From the IMG/VR virus record IMGVR_UViG_3300012953_007464, positions 1-33,050 of that record: a DNA stretch of 33,050 nt, one strand, 5' to 3'. Source of the DNA: a virus. Lineage: Duplodnaviria > Caudoviricetes. Shown in pieces: positions 18,473 through 27,021 of the stretch (position 1 is its first letter; each line of letters begins with the position of its first letter). The position numbers were made by a program, and so were the translations under genes. The notes under the pieces are model-generated. The model was not told the DNA's origin and ran no database searches. It saw only the letters and a list, made by a program, of their open reading frames with translations.

Positions 18473-19397
18473 AGAATATAAAGACGTTCTTGTTACTGGT
18501 GGGTGTGGTTTTATCGGTGGCCACACAGTTGATGCACTCATCAATCGCGGTCACCATGTCACAGTAGTTGATGATATGTCGGCCCCTGAAAATGACTATT
18601 TTCACTTTAATGATAAAGCCGAATATTATCATTTCGATATAGCAAGCGAAGGTTATAAACTATCTCAGCTTGGTGGGTTTGATATAATATACCACATGGC
18701 TGCAAGGTCAAGAATTCAGCCCACATTTGATAACCGCTCAGGGGCAACACATGTCAATGTTATTGGAACTCAAAATGTGCTTGACTTCGCCCTTAAAAGC
18801 CAGTGTTGCAAAATTATTTATGCCGGCACTTCATCATTATATGGGTATGATAATTCAATACCTTTCAAAGAAGATATGGAACCACAACTTAATACTCCTT
18901 ATTCACTTTCTAAGTGGTTTGGTGAAAGACTCTGTGAGTTCTATTCTAGAACTTATGGGTTACAAACAATGGTTCTTAGGTACTTTAATGTGTATGGCCC
19001 CAGAGAGCCTACTAAGGGTCATTATGCACCTGTCATAGGATTGTTTAAGAGGCAAGTTTCAACAGGCGAAAAAATGACGATTGTTGGCACTGGAGAACAG
19101 CGCAGAGATTTCACATACATTGATGATGTCACTGCTGCAAATATTGCAGCAGGTTTTAGAAAAAATAATCACACTGCTGACCTCTTTGAAATTTATAATA
19201 TCGGTACAGGAAAAAACTATTCAATAAATCAAGTGGCACAAATGGTTGCAGAGCAAGAAGATATTTCTGAAATGTCAGCCAATATTCCGTTGAGGAAATC
19301 AGAGCTGTTAGAAACTAAAGCAGATATACATAAGTTTTCCAGCCATTTTTTGTGGAAACCTAAACATGATTTGAAAGATGTGATTAATTCATATTAA
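18462..19397 (+). CDS. NAD-dependent nucleotide-sugar epimerase/dehydratase (extended SDR)
   Basis: VLVTGGCGFIG, YHMAA, TSSLYG, PYSLSK (YxxxK), LRYFNVYGPR and QRRDFTYIDDV. ATG at 18462 (track start 18456). Confidence 0.9.
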   Translation: MSSKEYKDVLVTGGCGFIGGHTVDALINRGHHVTVVDDMSAPENDYFHFNDKAEYYHFDIASEGYKLSQLGGFDIIYHMAARSRIQPTFDNRSGATHVNVIGTQNVLDFALKSQCCKIIYAGTSSLYGYDNSIPFKEDMEPQLNTPYSLSKWFGERLCEFYSRTYGLQTMVLRYFNVYGPREPTKGHYAPVIGLFKRQVSTGEKMTIVGTGEQRRDFTYIDDVTAANIAAGFRKNNHTADLFEIYNIGTGKNYSINQVAQMVAEQEDISEMSANIPLRKSELLETKADIHKFSSHFLWKPKHDLKDVINSY

Positions 19398-19425
19398 TGT
19401 ACAATGATACTGTACCAAATATTAT
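19398..19425 (+). promoter_or_regulatory. Putative promoter TGTACA-N16-TATTAT, possibly giving a leaderless mRNA
   Basis: Lies in one of the few intergenic gaps. The -10-like hexamer ends 6 nt before the ATG at 19432 and there is no Shine-Dalgarno sequence. Confidence 0.4.
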
Positions 19426-19431
19426 TATTTT

Positions 19432-20271
19432 ATGTTTCCAACAGAAAAACCGCATGTATCATATTCCGAAGTTAGAACATGGAAGGAATGCCCTTACCGT
19501 CATAAACTTACCTATGTTGATAAAATAGAGACCGATGACCCATCCCAGTACTTAGACTACGGGATATTACTTCACGATTGTCTGGAAAATTTTTTAAAGA
19601 CAAAAGAGCTCGACATCGATTTGCTAAAGACAAAGCTGTCTAATGCTTGGGAGGAAAAGGGATATGATACCGAAGATTATATTAACAAATTAACACAGCA
19701 GGCCGAAGCCCGCGGTGAGAAACCAAGAATCTTGGAGACCTTACCTCATTGGCTTCAGTGGGCTGAAACATCTATTAGTGCCATCCCGGAATTTATGGAC
19801 ACCAATTTTCCAAATTGGAAGTGCATATCAGCCGAACACCAGTTGTACGAACCCATCCCAGCAGATGATATAAAGTTTAAAGGTTTTATTGATGCTGTTA
19901 TTGAATGCGATTATCGAAAGACCAAGCGTAAGGTATGGATTTTAGACTGGAAGACAGCACCTGCTTATGGTTGGAATGCATGGAAAAGAAAAGATTTTTT
20001 AATTCATGCTCAAATTGCATTGTACAAAAAGTTCTGGAGAACTAAGTTTGATTATGATTGTAATAATGTTGGTGCAGGGTTTGTACTTCTGAAAAGAGGT
20101 GCAAAGAAAAACCCTGTTGACATTTTTAAGGTATCCGTTGGTCCTAAAACAGAAGAGAAAGCTGAAAAGCTTTTGAGGAGCATGCTGAAGTCAGTAAGAT
20201 CAGGCCTTTATTTGAAAAATAGAAATTCATGTAAATACTGTCCATTTTACAACACTGAACATTGCACATAG
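19432..20271 (+). CDS. PD-(D/E)XK nuclease, Cas4/AddB-like with Fe-S staple
   Basis: VSYSE...ECPY, GILLH, E..L, KGFIDAV, ILDWKT, QIALY and C-terminal CKYCPFYNTEHC (1+3 Cys arrangement). Confidence 0.88.
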   Translation: MFPTEKPHVSYSEVRTWKECPYRHKLTYVDKIETDDPSQYLDYGILLHDCLENFLKTKELDIDLLKTKLSNAWEEKGYDTEDYINKLTQQAEARGEKPRILETLPHWLQWAETSISAIPEFMDTNFPNWKCISAEHQLYEPIPADDIKFKGFIDAVIECDYRKTKRKVWILDWKTAPAYGWNAWKRKDFLIHAQIALYKKFWRTKFDYDCNNVGAGFVLLKRGAKKNPVDIFKVSVGPKTEEKAEKLLRSMLKSVRSGLYLKNRNSCKYCPFYNTEHCT

Positions 20272-20272
20272 A

Positions 20273-20300
20273 TTTACGGGTAACTTTTTTTTGTTATTTT
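20273..20300 (+). promoter_or_regulatory. Putative promoter TTTACG-N16-TATTTT with extended -10 TG
   Basis: Intergenic, with the same spacing and similar hexamers as 19398-19425; followed by GGAG and the ATG at 20323. Confidence 0.35.
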
Positions 20301-20322
20301 TAGTGTGGTGGAGTGTTAATTC

Positions 20323-21567
20323 ATGAAGAAAAAGATATTGTGGTTATCTGATCATGCTTTAAGCACGTCAGGTGTAGGTGTTCAAAGCCGACATTTGATC
20401 AATGGCTTAATTCAAAAAGGTGATTGGACGGTCAGACAATTTGGTGCTGCAATTAAGCACAATAATTACGACGTTATTTCGGTTAATGAGGATTTTGTCA
20501 TAAAGCCTGTTGACGGTTTTGGCACTGTTGACATGATTCGTCAAACAATAGCTGCAGAAAAACCAGATCTCATTATGTTGTTTACTGACCCTCGGTTTTT
20601 CGTCTGGCTGTGGCAGATTGAAGATGAGATACATCAGCAGTGCCCAATTGCGTATTGGCATGTATGGGATAATGGCCCATACCCAGAATTCAATTCATCT
20701 TATTATGAGGCGACTGATTTAATTAATTGCCATAGTCATATGACCTATGAACTCATAAAAGATCACTTTCCAGGCAAGGTAAACTTTATTCCACATGCTC
20801 TTCCAAAAGACTTGTTTTATAAAATGCCTGCCAGTGATATTAAAGATGCAAAAATAAAAGCCCTTGGTTATAATAAGAAGGATACTTTTGTTGCTTTTTG
20901 GATGAATAGAAATGCTCGCCGTAAACGCCCAAATGACTTGCTTGTGGCATGGAAAATTTTTATTGAAAGCAACACTATCGATGGTAATAAGCCAGATGCA
21001 TTATTAGTACTTCACACGGACCCACAAGATAATGAAGGACCAAATTTATTTGCAGCCGCGGAAGCTCTTGGCATAGCGGAACAGGTGGTGTTTTCCACCG
21101 ACCGTGTTGATTTTTCAAAGATAAATGTGTTGCATAATATATCTGATGTTTGTGTTAATATGTCATATGCCGAAGGTTTTGGTCTGGCTACCCTTGAAGC
21201 AATGCAAACTGGAACGCCAATAGTCGCTGCAAAGACCGGTGGTCTTACTCGACAGGTTGTCGATCATCGTGATGGGAGTGAGAACGGAGCTGCAGTTGAT
21301 ATTGCCCTCCGTAGCCTTGTAGGTTCACAGCAAGTACCTTACATTTATGAAGATTATGTTGACAACGAGGACGTCGCAGCCGGGATAACAAAGATTTATA
21401 AGATGACACCCGATGAGAGAGAAAAATTAAGCCAAAAAGTTATTGATTATGTCGACAGTGAATTTAATTTTCAAAATACAATTGATATGTGGGATGAAAC
21501 TTTAAAAGATATGCTTGAAAACTGGAAAGACAAATACAATAGAGTTGTTTGTGAGGAAATAAAATGA
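20323..21567 (+). CDS. GT4 (GT-B) glycosyltransferase
   Basis: KILWLSDH...SGVG, IPHAL, NRNARRKR and SYAEGFGLATLEAMQTGTPIV (EX7E). Confidence 0.9.
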   Translation: MKKKILWLSDHALSTSGVGVQSRHLINGLIQKGDWTVRQFGAAIKHNNYDVISVNEDFVIKPVDGFGTVDMIRQTIAAEKPDLIMLFTDPRFFVWLWQIEDEIHQQCPIAYWHVWDNGPYPEFNSSYYEATDLINCHSHMTYELIKDHFPGKVNFIPHALPKDLFYKMPASDIKDAKIKALGYNKKDTFVAFWMNRNARRKRPNDLLVAWKIFIESNTIDGNKPDALLVLHTDPQDNEGPNLFAAAEALGIAEQVVFSTDRVDFSKINVLHNISDVCVNMSYAEGFGLATLEAMQTGTPIVAAKTGGLTRQVVDHRDGSENGAAVDIALRSLVGSQQVPYIYEDYVDNEDVAAGITKIYKMTPDEREKLSQKVIDYVDSEFNFQNTIDMWDETLKDMLENWKDKYNRVVCEEIK

Positions 21568-22721
21568 ATATTTGTGTCAGAGGCCCTTTGCTTTCAATTA
21601 GTGGTTATGGTAATCATACAAGGCAAGTATATCGATGGCTTTCGCAGCATACAGATCATACATTGAAGACACAGATTTTACCATGGGGTATTACACCGTG
21701 GTATATTAATCCTTCACATGAAAATGGCATGATTGGAAAGATAATGACAGAGTCAATAGCCATGGATGGTGCCTATAACTTTGACGTGTCATTTCAAGTT
21801 CAGCTTCCCAACGAGTGGGATCCGAACTTAGCAAGGTTTAACGTGGGTGTCACTGCTGCTGTTGAAACTGATATTTGCAATCCATCATGGATACAGTGCT
21901 GTAACACAATGAATTTAATTGTGGTACCTTCGCATCACACTAAGCAAACAATAGAAAGATCAGGTGTTCTCACAACACCTATTGCAGTTATACCTGAATC
22001 GTTTCCGGACTCAATACTTTCCAATGATGTTACACCATACGAATTAAATCTTCGAACTAATTTTAACTTTTTAGTATTTGGTCAGATTACAGGCGGAAAT
22101 GCCTTTATGGATCGTAAAAATACATTTTTCGCTCTCCGTTGGCTTGCGGAAGAATTTAGCGGTGATCCAGACGTTGGAATTATTTTAAAGACAAACCACG
22201 GTAGAAATACATCTATTGATCGAAAGCATTGCAGAAATATGCTTATAAAGGTGGTGAGAGAACTTGGGCTCGACATTCCAGTTTATTTGCTTCATGGAGC
22301 AATGACAGAAGACGAAATCGCAGGTCTTTATAAGAATGATAAAATAAAAGCGCTGGTTGCCCCAACCCGCGGTGAAGGATATGGATTACCACTTTTAGAA
22401 GCCGCAGCATCCGGATTACCGGTGCTTGCTACAAATTGGTCTGGTCATAGAGATTTTTTGAACACAGGAAAATGGATTAATTTTGATTATAAGCTCCAAG
22501 CAGTTAATGAAGCAAAAATTGACGGACAGATTTTTGTTGAGGGATCAAAGTGGGCTGAAGTCGATGAAAAAGATTTTAAGAGAAAAGTGAGAAAATTTAG
22601 AGAACAAAATGACAAACCAGTAGAATGGGCTAAAGACCTATCTGAGAAACTAAAGGAAACACATTCATTTGAAAGCATAGCAGATTATTGGAATTCTTTA
22701 ATGAGTGAGCACTTAAGATAA
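21564..22721 (+). CDS. GT4 (GT-B) glycosyltransferase
   Basis: SGYGNHTR, IVVPS, DRKN and PTRGEGYGLPLLEAAASGLPVLATNWSGHRDF (EX7E). Confidence 0.9.
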   Translation: MNICVRGPLLSISGYGNHTRQVYRWLSQHTDHTLKTQILPWGITPWYINPSHENGMIGKIMTESIAMDGAYNFDVSFQVQLPNEWDPNLARFNVGVTAAVETDICNPSWIQCCNTMNLIVVPSHHTKQTIERSGVLTTPIAVIPESFPDSILSNDVTPYELNLRTNFNFLVFGQITGGNAFMDRKNTFFALRWLAEEFSGDPDVGIILKTNHGRNTSIDRKHCRNMLIKVVRELGLDIPVYLLHGAMTEDEIAGLYKNDKIKALVAPTRGEGYGLPLLEAAASGLPVLATNWSGHRDFLNTGKWINFDYKLQAVNEAKIDGQIFVEGSKWAEVDEKDFKRKVRKFREQNDKPVEWAKDLSEKLKETHSFESIADYWNSLMSEHLR

Positions 22722-23017
22722 TGCAGACAACTCTTGTGATTATGTGTATATTACTTCTAGCCATGCTGGCAGTGTCACTATACTACAATTACAAACATGC
22801 AGTCATAATTTTAAACATGGTCGATGAAATTGAAGCATCTATTGAAATTTTAGATAGCAAGTATGCATCAATTTCTGGTGTTTTAGATATACCTCTTTTT
22901 TATGATTCACCACAGATTAGACAGGTTCATAATGATATAAATGATTGTCGAAATTCAGTGTTAAGGGTCGCGTCGATGCTGGGAAATATTGAAGAAGAAG
23001 CTGAGTTGCAACAATGA
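22721..23017 (+). CDS. Small protein with N-terminal transmembrane helix and helical tail
   Basis: Hydrophobic LVIMCILLLAMLAVSLYY; TAATG and ATGA coupling on both sides. Confidence 0.7.
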   Translation: MQTTLVIMCILLLAMLAVSLYYNYKHAVIILNMVDEIEASIEILDSKYASISGVLDIPLFYDSPQIRQVHNDINDCRNSVLRVASMLGNIEEEAELQQ

Positions 23018-23736
23018 AGAAAAAAATCACTCGTCGTCGAATCAAAAGAAAGCCAGGACCAAGTAAGTTATATTTTACAGCTGACACACAGAAAGCAATT
23101 GAAAAATTTCAGGCGGCTGAAACAATTAAAGAAAAGTCAGAGCTTTATACAAAAGATATTATGCCTGCATTTGATAAACTTGCAGAAAACCTTATATTGA
23201 TTTATGGTTTTGCAAAGGGCAGGCATGATTTTGGTAGTTTAAAAAATGACTGTGTGACATTTTTATATGAAACACTCTATAAATTCGACGCGTCGAAAGG
23301 ATCTAAAGCATTTTCATATTTTAATGTAGTTGCCAAAAATTGGCTTATCTTAAATACCCGTAAGAAGAAGAAGGTTCATGATAATTCTTATCCAATTCAT
23401 GAACTTGAGTCATTTAGCATGGCAGATAGACATGCGATTGTAAACTATCAACTAGCAGAAGCGCCTGAAGACATAATGATTTCTGCCGAGCGCCGCGGCG
23501 AAATAACTGAAATTTTAAAAATACTTAAAACGAAAGTAGTCAATGCCAATGATGTTGCGTGTATAAATGCCGTGATGGTGGTATTTGAAAAGATAGATGA
23601 ATTAGACTTGCTAAATAAGCGAGCGATATATGTTTATATTAGGGAAATATCTGGTTTAAATTCTAAGCAATTGTCAACATCAATGTCAACTATTAGAAGG
23701 TTATATAGACAGATTAAGGGCGAGGTAATGTTTTGA
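23014..23736 (+). CDS. Phage RNA polymerase sigma-factor-like protein
   Basis: KFDASKGSKAFSYFNVVAKN resembles sigma region 2.3-2.4 (also seen in T4 gp55-like factors). N-terminal LYF, and a C-terminal HTH-like IREISGLNSKQLSTSM. Confidence 0.55.
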   Translation: MKKKITRRRIKRKPGPSKLYFTADTQKAIEKFQAAETIKEKSELYTKDIMPAFDKLAENLILIYGFAKGRHDFGSLKNDCVTFLYETLYKFDASKGSKAFSYFNVVAKNWLILNTRKKKKVHDNSYPIHELESFSMADRHAIVNYQLAEAPEDIMISAERRGEITEILKILKTKVVNANDVACINAVMVVFEKIDELDLLNKRAIYVYIREISGLNSKQLSTSMSTIRRLYRQIKGEVMF

Positions 23737-24086
23737 GTTATGAAGATCTAAAACAAAAGCATGAACAACAACAACAAAAGATTGATGCGTTTTCTGAATT
23801 ACTTGAAGATCTTGTTAATACAACAGACAAGAAGAAATTGTTGTGGAAGGAAATATACGAAAATGCCCTCCGCGATAGAGTAAATGCAGAAATTTTATTT
23901 AGCGAAGCATTTACTGCGATGCAAACAAATGAGCATGTTACTATCGGCCCAATTTTGACTAAGTACCTCGAGAGAATGAATAGATCAAATGAACAATTAT
24001 TAAAGCTTGCAGAACTTGTTTCTAAGGCTGAAGAACATTCAAGCAGAATAGATCCTGATGACATCTTCACCAAAATTTCGGAGTGA
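23733..24086 (+). CDS. Hypothetical alpha-helical/coiled-coil protein
   Basis: TTG start overlapping the upstream stop with GAGGT upstream; charged, helical composition; fills the gap exactly. Confidence 0.7.
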   Translation: MSYEDLKQKHEQQQQKIDAFSELLEDLVNTTDKKKLLWKEIYENALRDRVNAEILFSEAFTAMQTNEHVTIGPILTKYLERMNRSNEQLLKLAELVSKAEEHSSRIDPDDIFTKISE

Positions 24087-24089
24087 AAA

Positions 24090-25676
24090 GTGGCAGACGA
24101 AGGACAGAAAAATGCTTTAGGCGGTGGAAGTTCGTTATTTAAGGCTATTGTCTTAGATGTTATATTAGATCCGAAGATAAACACACCCGGTGGAATGGCC
24201 TCCGTGTGGGGTATTCCCACCACTCCAAGATTAGAGAACGCACCACCTAATTCGTGCATTGTAAGACTTTATGGTGCAGCAGCGGATGAAGAACCACTAG
24301 TTGCATATCCGTTTTTCCCTGATCATTTAAGCATTCCAGTCAAGTCTGGCGAAGCTGTGTGGATTGCGTCACCTCCACTTTCTAAGCCTTCTGGTGATGA
24401 TGCATATTGGATCTGCAAAATCTCTTCCGCTGTTACAACTGCAGATGTGAATTTTACACATGCATTTCGTAATGCAAGCAAAATGCCTGACGACCCTTCA
24501 GATAATAAAGCAACTGTATCAACTGCAGATAGAGCATCACAGCCGCCTCTTGAAAACACCGAATTGAGTACTTTGCCTAGCTTTCTGAATACGGCCGGCG
24601 GTGCCGATATATTGGGACCCGTTGGAAAAACTAAGTCAAAGAGAGTTGACGGAACAAAGCCCAATCCTTTCGACAAAATTTATTCAGCAAGCTCTGCAAA
24701 TACTTTCACGATCGAAGAACCGGTTCCTGGTTTTGTAAAGCGCCCTGGTGATTTAGTACTTCAGGCCAGCAATAATGCTTTAATGTGGCTTGGTCAAGAC
24801 AGAGGGTTTTCAAGTGGTTTACTCAGTACGCCAGAAAATGAATTGTCAGCTAGCTCTGCAGAGGTCCCTCCAAAAAGCTTTTCTGGAACAATTGATTTAG
24901 TCACCGGTAGATCTCGTTATATTACAGCAGATGGAACGACTCGAACCACTAAATGTCCTGATCCAAAGCGAACTGGCATTAAGACAATATTAAATTCACG
25001 TAGCTATTTTGAACTAAACAAAGAAGACGAGCTTCCAAACCCCCTGGCAGGCGATTTAGATTTTGATGTCGATGCATCTAGAATTTATGTGTCAATGAAA
25101 ACAGATGGTGACAAAAATTTTAACCTGATAAACGAACTGAATAGACTGCCTGCGGCAATTGTAACTGGGTCAGTCCAGCCAGTGTCAGAGTCAGCTTATA
25201 TTATTGCAAAGTCCGATGAAGTCAGGATCATTGCTAGAAAACAATTGGAGGATGAGTATTTTCCCGATGTTGGAAACCCTGAAATTAATGGCAGTATTAA
25301 AATAATCAAGGAGGGAACCAAGGATGACGATCTCGCCGCGGTAATGTTGTTACCAGATGGAACAGTTCAGATTAGTGGATCAAGAATATTTTTGGGCCGT
25401 CATTTTGATGATGGTGGTAAAGATGAATCCACTGCCGGTCCAGATGATGCAGTGCATGTACAACCATATGTTAGGTACCAACAACTTGAAGATTTACTCA
25501 ATGCAATTCTGGATAACATTGATGCCTTTTGTGATACATTGAACACACATGTCACTCCGGGTTATGGTAATCCTTCACCTCAAATTTTAGAAGCCGCTGC
25601 TACATTAAAGGGAGAAGTGGCGACTAGAAAGAGTGAGATTGAAACGTTAAAGTCTGAAAGAATTTTTGGAGAGTAG
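24090..25676 (+). CDS. Putative baseplate central spike/hub protein (gp5/gpV-like)
   Basis: AYPFFP...IPVKSGEAVWI resembles the spike OB-fold motif, followed by beta-rich segments and a C-terminal helix plus THVTPG...PSP. Located upstream of the gp25-like and gp6-like genes. Confidence 0.5.
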   Translation: MADEGQKNALGGGSSLFKAIVLDVILDPKINTPGGMASVWGIPTTPRLENAPPNSCIVRLYGAAADEEPLVAYPFFPDHLSIPVKSGEAVWIASPPLSKPSGDDAYWICKISSAVTTADVNFTHAFRNASKMPDDPSDNKATVSTADRASQPPLENTELSTLPSFLNTAGGADILGPVGKTKSKRVDGTKPNPFDKIYSASSANTFTIEEPVPGFVKRPGDLVLQASNNALMWLGQDRGFSSGLLSTPENELSASSAEVPPKSFSGTIDLVTGRSRYITADGTTRTTKCPDPKRTGIKTILNSRSYFELNKEDELPNPLAGDLDFDVDASRIYVSMKTDGDKNFNLINELNRLPAAIVTGSVQPVSESAYIIAKSDEVRIIARKQLEDEYFPDVGNPEINGSIKIIKEGTKDDDLAAVMLLPDGTVQISGSRIFLGRHFDDGGKDESTAGPDDAVHVQPYVRYQQLEDLLNAILDNIDAFCDTLNTHVTPGYGNPSPQILEAAATLKGEVATRKSEIETLKSERIFGE

Positions 25677-25678
25677 TT

Positions 25679-26476
25679 ATGTCATTAGGTGGTGCTGTGA
25701 GTGGCTTATTGGGTGGCATAGAAGCAGCATATAATAACGCAGTGACGAATGGTTCCCAACCTGAAAATGGAGATAGCACCCAGCAGACATTAGGTAATGA
25801 TATGGGCTCCGCCGTAGATTCTTATTATTCTCAAGCGGTTGTAACAACGTCCGTAACAATTGATACAGGGCAGAGCGATACTGTTGGAGGTACTACCCAG
25901 GCTGACGGCACAGGATCTGGCGATGGTCATTTGGAGGATTTGGCGGTTGGAGAGCTGCAAGACAGTCTTTATACCGCATTTCGAGAAGCTGCCGAAACCG
26001 GTGGCAGTTCTGATCCAATACCTAAGTTAGCCCAAGATGTTGCTGCTGCGGTTCATGTTTACATGATCTCTCCGACGGTGATAACCGCAGTTATTGCAGA
26101 CGGTGGCCAACCAACAAACGCCACCGCCGGCACGGCAAATCCAGCAGGTTCAGTCTCTTCACCAGGCACAGGTACAGGTGAAGGTATTGTTAGATTTGAA
26201 TCTGGTGATGTTGATACATTAAAAGCTGATATAGAGACTGCGTATAACAATGCAAAAATAAATGGTGAATCCGGGTCTTCACTTGAGACGCTTGCAACTG
26301 ATATTCATACAGCAATTCATTTATTTGCATTAACTGCAATTGTTGAAACTGATGTTACAATCATAGCCGGTCAGGTCGTTACTGGATACATGGTCCTTGT
26401 CGGTACTGCTGCGTCACCACTCCCAGCAACGACAAACATGACCAAAGCAGCAAGTGGAGAAGGGGAGTTAAGTTAG
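25679..26476 (+). CDS. Putative virion protein built from three tandem ~85-aa repeats
   Basis: Three copies of I/L..A(Y/F)..A...G / LA.D...A(V/I)..(Y/F)....V.T.V....GQ / G.G.(L/V); acidic and G/A/T/S-rich. Confidence 0.7.
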   Translation: MSLGGAVSGLLGGIEAAYNNAVTNGSQPENGDSTQQTLGNDMGSAVDSYYSQAVVTTSVTIDTGQSDTVGGTTQADGTGSGDGHLEDLAVGELQDSLYTAFREAAETGGSSDPIPKLAQDVAAAVHVYMISPTVITAVIADGGQPTNATAGTANPAGSVSSPGTGTGEGIVRFESGDVDTLKADIETAYNNAKINGESGSSLETLATDIHTAIHLFALTAIVETDVTIIAGQVVTGYMVLVGTAASPLPATTNMTKAASGEGELS

Positions 26477-26495
26477 GTGCTGAAATTCTAAATGG

Positions 26496-26514
26496 AATAA
26501 TTAAATTGTGGAGA
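26496..26514 (+). promoter_or_regulatory. AT-rich AATAATTAAA element (possible late promoter) plus GGAGA ribosome-binding site
   Basis: In the largest intergenic gap of the structural module, directly upstream of the gp25-like gene. Single occurrence, so weak support. Confidence 0.25.
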
Positions 26515-26518
26515 TGCT

Positions 26519-27010
26519 ATGTCAACGTCAGCAACATTTGATTTTGGATCTGTAGGTGATACATTACCAACCTTGCGTGAGCATGAAACTGCTACTTTTG
26601 AGAAGACTACGATCAATTTCAACCCGCGTACACCATTACGCCTGTCTGAAAAAACATCTGAACTTTTTATTATGAACACAAATTTAGAAGATTCTACGTA
26701 TGACAACTTAAAGAATATTTTGTTGACCAACCGCGGCGAAAGAGTAATGAATCCAAATTTTGGTGCAAACCTAAAGTCAATATTGGCAGAATATGGCACG
26801 AAGGGATTCGAATCTGAAGTCATGGCACGCATTAACGCTGCAGTTAAGATGTTTATGCCTTATGTTGCGCTGAGCACAATGCAACTTGAAAAACTTCCCT
26901 CGCCACCTGATTTAGGCGTGACGGTTGTGAAAATTAACGTAAAATATTCAATCCCATCAGCAGGTATAACCGAGCAGGAACTGTCAGTTACATTGAGTAC
27001 GATAGCATAG
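26519..27010 (+). CDS. Baseplate wedge subunit, gp25/GPW-like
   Basis: NLKNILLTNRGERVMNPNFGANL and I..AV..FMPYV signatures. Confidence 0.9.
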   Translation: MSTSATFDFGSVGDTLPTLREHETATFEKTTINFNPRTPLRLSEKTSELFIMNTNLEDSTYDNLKNILLTNRGERVMNPNFGANLKSILAEYGTKGFESEVMARINAAVKMFMPYVALSTMQLEKLPSPPDLGVTVVKINVKYSIPSAGITEQELSVTLSTIA

Positions 27011-27021
27011 AGTGATAAAAC

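Noticed and set aside
19432-20271. CRISPR-Cas locus
   Set aside because: The Cas4-like gene is solitary; I saw no other cas genes and no repeat-spacer array.
1-22721. Ordinary bacterial O-antigen or capsule locus
   Set aside because: No flippase, polymerase, ABC exporter, chain-length or initiating transferase gene is seen, and the cluster is continuous with phage-type nuclease, sigma-like and baseplate genes. Not fully excluded because the left part of the cluster is outside the window.
22721-23017. Spanin or holin call for the small membrane protein
   Set aside because: The topology is compatible, but no lipoprotein partner or endolysin is nearby, so the call is unsupported.
23738-24259. 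Minus-strand ORFs (e.g. 23738..24259, 10266..10724, 790..1185, 24323..24676, 26488..26832) and short alternate-frame plus-strand ORFs
   Set aside because: They lie within well-supported plus-strand genes, have no recognisable motifs and look like shadow ORFs.
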